Origin: Scenedesmus sp. PABB004
Lineage: Eukaryota
NCBI GenBank assembly: GCA_014905635.1
Contig: CM026548.1
Location: 1,488,001 to 1,552,000, forward strand
DNA length: 64,000 nucleotides
Direction of reading: 5' to 3'
The notes beneath the pieces were generated by a model. The model was not told where the DNA came from. It worked only from the letters and a program-made list of their open reading frames with translations, and searched no databases. Below are positions 58,833 to 64,000 of the stretch, in pieces (the stretch's first letter is position 1; every line of letters begins with the position of its first letter). The position numbers and the translations under genes were made by a program.

Positions 58833-61159
58833 ATGGCGGCTCTGACGGGCATGGACGGCGTGCACGGCGCCGGCAAGGGCAGCGGCGGCGGCGCCGGCAG
58901 CTGGCTCGCGGCGCTGCGCGGCGACGGCGTGGGCCGCACGCGGTGCGCTGCCTGCCGCCCGGCCCCACGGGCGCGCGGCCCTGCGAGCCGCGGCCCCGCG
59001 CGCCGGCCCGTGCGCGCGCGTGGCGCGGCGCTCAGCGCCACTGCCGCCGCTGCCGCCGGACGCCCGCCGCAGGACCAGCAGCGCCAGCGGCGGCGGCAAG
59101 GGCGGCGCCGCCGCGCCGTGGTCGCCGCGCACCGCGCGCAGCGACGACGCCGCGAGCTATGACGACGCCGGCAGCGCGGCGAGCGGCGCGTACGTGAGCC
59201 TGTGGAGCCCCCAGATCGCCGGCGCGATGGGCTATGGCAAGGGGTGCGCGCGGCGCGGCGCGGCGCGGCGCTGCGGGGCGGGGCGGGACGGGGAAAAGAG
59301 TTGGCGCGCGCAGCCGGCGGCGCCCCGCTGACGCCGCCGCGGCGCCCTCGCCGCGTCGCGCAGCGGGCGCTCCGGGTCGGCCTTCCAGTGGTGGATCCCG
59401 CTGCTGGCGGGCGCGGTGGCGCTGGGGTCGTACGTCGCCTGGTGCGCCGCCCGAGGCCGTCGCCGCCGCGCCGCCGCGCCCCGCGCGGCCTGCTGCCGCG
59501 GCGGCGCCCCGCAGCGGCCCACGCGCGCGCGCCGCACTGCGCGCCGCGCCACGCGCAGGTGCGTGTTTGTGTTTGCCGCGCGCGACGCGACACAGGCGGC
59601 GATCGACGCGGCGGGGCTGCGCCTGCCCTGGTGGGACGCGCTGCGCGGCATCCTGCTCGCCACCGCGGTCGCGTACCCCGTCTTCATCATCGCCGCCCTC
59701 GCGCTCAGGCACGCACGCGCACACGCGCGCGCGCGCCGCAGCCCTGCGCGACACGCCGCGCCGCGCTTGGCTTGCCCCCGCCGCCGCCGCCGACGCCCGC
59801 ATCCTGACGCCGCCGCTGCCGCGCCGCCGCGCGCGCGCGCGTGGCGCTGGTCACTCGCGCGAGCGCTCAACATCCACGCCCCCGACCGGCGCTGGCTCGC
59901 GTCGAGCCGGCGCTGGCAGGCCGGCAGCGGCGCGGCGAGCGTGCTGCTGTACCTCATGATGGCCCTGCTCGGCGTCTCGGTCGCGGGTGCGCGACGCGGC
60001 CGCGTGCCCGCGGCGCGGCTCTGGGGTGCGTGCCCGCCGCGTCCGAGGGCGACCGCGGGCTCAACCCCGCGCTCCCCGCGCCTCGCGCCGCAGCGCACGC
60101 GGTGTGGGTCGCCTCGGGCCGCGCGTCTCACACGGGCGCGTACTACGCGCTTCGCTACGTCGACCCCGTCTGGACGGGCGTCGCCAACGTGGCCAACGCC
60201 AGCCAGAGCCTGGTTGACTCGTTCCTGGGCCTCGCCGCGGGCCTGCCCACGGCCGTCGCGGGGCGGCGCCTCGCCGAGGCGCCGCCGGGCGGCGGCGCGC
60301 CCGTGCTGCTGCGCCCGCTCACGCCCGGCGACGTCGCCGCCATGCCGCCGCGCGTGCGCGACGCGGGGCTGGCCGCCGCGCGCTCGCTGGCGCAGCTGCC
60401 GGAGCTGGTCGACAGCGTCGGCTCGCTGCTCAACGGCGCGGCGGGCGCGATCGGGGCGGTCGGCGGCGCCGTGGGCAGCGCGCTGCCGGCGGCGGTCAGC
60501 GCCGCCGCGTCGTCGCCGCTGCTGCCGGCGCTGCTGCCCAACGGCACCGACAACCCCCTCTTCGCCACGCTGAAGGGCGTGACAGACGCGGTGCAGGTGC
60601 GCGTGACACTGCGCGCCGCGGGGAGGGTTGCGAGGCGGCGTGGCGCGCGGGCGCAGCGCTTCGGCCCCGCGGCGCCCGCGCGCCCGCCGCGGCGGCGCCT
60701 GCACGTGCGCCCGCCGGCCCGCGCCGCCCGCGCCCGCGCCCGCGCTCGCGCCCACGCGCGCGGCCGACGCCGCGCGCCCGCCGCCGTCGCCGGCTGCAGG
60801 GCCAGCTGCTCAACGCGAGCGGGTGCCCGATGTGGTGCGTCGACATGCGCGACCAGGCGTGGCTGGTCGACGGCTGCGTGTGCAACCTGGACCGCGTGAA
60901 GCGGGCGTACCCCCACCTCGGCGGCATCGCCTCAAACGGCGCGGTCGCCACGGGCCTGGCCTTCACCATGATGGCCGCCGCGTCGTGGCTGCTGCTCCAC
61001 GCGGCGAGCCAGTGGGGCCGCACGCGCGCCGAGGCCAAGCTGCTGCGCCGCCTGCCCAACGCGGCGGCGCTCGCGGCGGCGGCCGGCGCCGGGCCGCTGG
61101 GCGGGGTGGTGGTGCAGCAGCAGCCCCCCAGCCCGACCAAGGCCCTGCCCGCTGTGTGA
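58833..61159 (+). CDS. Four-TM membrane protein with large Cys-containing second external loop
   Basis: Spliced hydrophobic segments WWIPLLAGAVALGSYVAWCVFVF, ILLATAVAYPVFIIAALAL, SVLLYLMMALLGVSVA and VATGLAFTMMAAASWLLL. Loop CPMWCVD...CVC. Confidence 0.65.
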
Positions 61160-61510
61160 CGCGGCGGCGGCGAGGGACGGGTGGCGAGAGGGGCGGGCGG
61201 GCGGCGGCGGGAGTGGATCGCGTTGCATCGGGTCGGTCGCAGGGTCTACAGGCGAGTCGAGAGCGTGGGTGTGCCTGGAGTTGCTTGTTGCTTGACGGAA
61301 CGTCAAATAGTGTGCACGCGCCGCGAGGCGCGGTGGGAGCAATCCGCCAGCGAGTTCAATCAATCAACGCCCTGAGCTGCTGTTGAGCCGCGAGCCACGA
61401 GCCACGCACCCCGAGCCACGCGCGCCTGCCCCGCCGGCGGCGCCTCAGAGCAGTCCCGCCCCGGTAATGCAGCGCTGCCGCTGGCTCCCCGCGCGAGCTG
61501 CCGTGCCGTC

Positions 61511-63470
61511 TCAGCCTGGCGCCAGCGTCGTCAGCAGGGGCGGGCGAGCGGGCGGGGCGGTCAGCGCGGCGCTCTGCACCCGGCTGCGCAGCGCGCCCCG
61601 GCGCGCTGCCATGGCGCCAACGCCCAGGGCTGCACCCCTGCGCGCGGCGGCGGGCTCACCAAAGGGAGTCGCGGGCAGCAGGGCGGCCGCCTTGGCGCGT
61701 ATCAAGGTCCGGCGCGTGTTGGCGGTGCTCGTGACGCCCCGCACCAGCGTGCAGGAGGTGAGGGCGCGGCTGCCGCCGTCGTACGACAGCCGCACCGCCG
61801 CGCACGTCGCCGAGTCGGCGCACGCGCCCGTGCAGTCCTTCTGCGTCAGGCCCGCCTGCGACAGCGTGCTCAGCACGGCGCCCACGCCGCCGGCCGTGTC
61901 GTCGCGCCACCACGAGAACACGCCCGAGCCCATCGCGGCCGGGCGCACCGCGCCGCCGGCCGACATGGCCAGCGCCACCGGCGAGCTCGGCACCAGCTTG
62001 AGAGCAAGCATCGTGCTGCGCGGCGGCAAAGGGGTGGGTTGTGAGGGGGCGGCCGCGCGGGCAGGCGACGGCGCTGGCGAGGAAGGCGGCGCAGCGCAGC
62101 GGCTGCCGCCGGCACGGCGCTGCCGTCGGCGCCGCGCGCGTCGCACGGCAGCCCTCCTCACCTGCCGCCGCTGCCGCCCGTCACGCGGAGCTGGCAGCGG
62201 CTGCCGGCCGCGCCCGCCGCGTAGTCGTAGGTCGCCCACTGGCAGGCGTCCCCCGGGTAGCTCCGGCACGCGTCAGCGCACGCCTCCAGGCTGGCGGCCG
62301 ACGCGAGCACCAGCCCGGTGCCCGCGTCGAGCCGCCAGTTGCCCTCGCCCGCGGGCGCAAACTCGGCGACGCACGCGGCGGCGCTGGCCGACCCCGGCGC
62401 CGACGTGGCGCGCGGCGTGAAGGGGTTGGTGGTGCCGTTTGCCGAAAAGGTGAACACCTGGCCCCTGCTGGAGCAGGGGCTGCAGGCGAGGTCGCCCGGG
62501 GCGCGGTCGTCCCCGCCAAACGTCCCGCTGGCGCAGGGCGCGCAGGGGCCGCCGGCCGCCGCCGCGCCCGTGCCGGCGGGGCACGCTGCACGCGGGCCGG
62601 CGAGGCGCGGGGCGGGGCGCGTGAGGCGGAGTGCTGCGAGACGCGCACGAGGCGCAGCCAGCTCCCCGGCGGCGGTGCAGGAGCAAAGCAGCCGCGCCGC
62701 GCATACCCACCGCTGCAGTCGGCGGCGCTCGTGGAGCCCTCGTCGGCCGTCGTGCGGCCGTTGGGGCAGGTCGTGCACGCGCCGTCGCTCGCGTTGGCCC
62801 GGATGGTCCGCTCCGCGTCCGCGTAGCGGCCCAAGGGGCAGGGCGCCACGCCCGCGAGCGGGCTGGCGGCGTTGGGGTATGCGAAGCCGGGCAGCACCAG
62901 GGAGCAGGCCGCGACCGACGCCGACTCGCGGCCGGGCGTGGTCGTGCCCGCCGGGCAGGCGACGCAGCGCGCCGGCTGCTGCCCGTCCGCGCCGAGCCAG
63001 CTGTACGTGCCGCGGTCGCACGGCGCCGCCGTGGTGCCGCTGTAGCCCCAGCCGGGGCGCGGGCGGCACGCCTCGGGCGACCAGAAGCCGCCGGTGCCGG
63101 GCTCAAAAAAGTACGCCGCCGGGTCGGCCGCCGCGACGGCCAGGTCGGGCGTGAGGGTGCCGGCGGGGCTGCGGCGCGGCGCACGCGCGCAGAGGCGGGA
63201 AGGGGGGGGGGAGGGCTGAGCGACGGGGGAGCGCGGCGCGGCAGGGGGCGCGGCGCTGCGCGCCGGTGCTGCGGGCGCGCGCGCGCGAGAGGCGCACCAG
63301 GGCAGGCAGGGCTCGACGTCCAGGTCGTAGCTGACGCTGTCGTTTGCGCCAAACTGGCTGAACGTGTTGTTGTTGCACGTGACGGCCCACCAGATGTCGG
63401 GGGTGGTCCCGTTGGGCGACCGCGACACGAGCATGCCCTGCCCGCGCCGGATGTCTGGCGCGCGACGCGG

Positions 63471-63504
<34 letters not shown>

Positions 63505-63882
63505 CGGGGTGAAGCGTGAGACCGCAGCGCAGCACGCCGCCAGTCGGTGCAGCGAAGCGCGCACCGCCCCCGCCGGCGGCACCCGGCCGCCCCGGCGCGG
63601 CCGCGCCCGACTCACAGCACGACGCGGCCGAGCGCGTTGCCAGCAGCGCGGGCGGCTTGCCCGAGCCGTCGTCGGCGAGGGCGAAGCGGTCGAGCGGCTG
63701 GTTGCGCGCCGACAGCACGCCGTCGCCGCAGGGCAGGCATGAGAATGCGCGCGGGTCGTCGGGCGCCAGCCAGAGGGGCTGGTACTCGCCGGAGGTGTTG
63801 GTGGCGGGGTCGCCGTTGGCGCAGGGCACCACGCTGGGCTCGTCGTACTCGTCCAGCTGCAGGCGGTGCCCCGGCGGCACGA
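61511..63882 (-). CDS. Extracellular Cys-rich protein (GCC2/GCC3 ephrin-receptor-like repeats, PAN/apple-like C-terminal modules; mastigoneme-like family tentative); 5' end beyond window
   Basis: CDRGTYS..CVACPAGTTT..S.AAC, CPLGRY..CTTCPNGRTT..S..DC, SLEACADAC..CQWATYD, QKDCTGAC..C. Confidence 0.7.
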
Positions 63883-64000
63883 CTGCGCGCGGCGTCGGAC
63901 GGGGAGCAGGGCGATGGTGGGTGTGGGTGTGGGTGGGTGGGTGTGGGGGTGGGTGGGTGGGTGGGGGGGGGGGGGGGGGGGGAGCGGGAGGCAGCGCCCC

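Noticed and set aside
1..64000. Hundreds of long overlapping Arg/Ala/Pro/Gly-rich ORFs, including apparent antisense genes such as 8712..11807(-) and 38799..41306(+)
   Set aside because: Expected from stop-codon scarcity at very high GC; they are shadows of real exons or read through introns and carry no domain motifs.
63472..64000. Poly-G and (GGGT)n tracts, plus (GCC)n, (GGCGC)n and (CCCTG)n runs elsewhere, as G-quadruplex or regulatory elements
   Set aside because: Ubiquitous intronic simple repeats in this genome (C-rich on the sense strand here); homopolymer lengths may be unreliable.

Overview
Very GC-rich, intron-dense eukaryotic nuclear DNA of green-algal type. Supporting signs: GTGCGC/GTGAGC donors, (Y)GCAG acceptors, CTGAC/CTCAC branch motifs, TGTAA poly(A) signals, a nucleus-encoded plastid L35 and a plant-type catalase. 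A chlorophyte, probably Sphaeropleales, is an inference. Most long ORFs in the six-frame track are artefacts of high GC; real genes had to be assembled across introns by eye. About 18 genes are supported: ankyrin/U-box protein, TBL/PC-esterase-like SGNH protein, two giant beta-helix + Cys-rich + multi-TM surface proteins, Rad21/Rec8 kleisin, SEC-C/YchJ, papain-like protease, MYND-finger protein, MAPR/cytochrome b5-like protein, Cmc1, GILT-like protein, modular coiled-coil protein, plastid rpl35, a broken U-box gene, a 2H-phosphoesterase, catalase, a four-TM protein and a Cys-rich GCC-repeat protein. The most unusual zone is 45.5-54.7 kb. It holds a G:U-rich pre-miRNA-like hairpin, a U-box gene split by inverted duplication with its 5' part fused in frame to the 2H-phosphoesterase, and a ~1.9 kb foldback built partly from that 2H gene and ending just upstream of catalase (candidate young hairpin-siRNA/proto-miRNA locus). 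Also notable are frequent GC-AG introns, telomere-like motifs inside introns, and a gene whose introns resemble each other more than its exons do. Exon boundaries are manual estimates.
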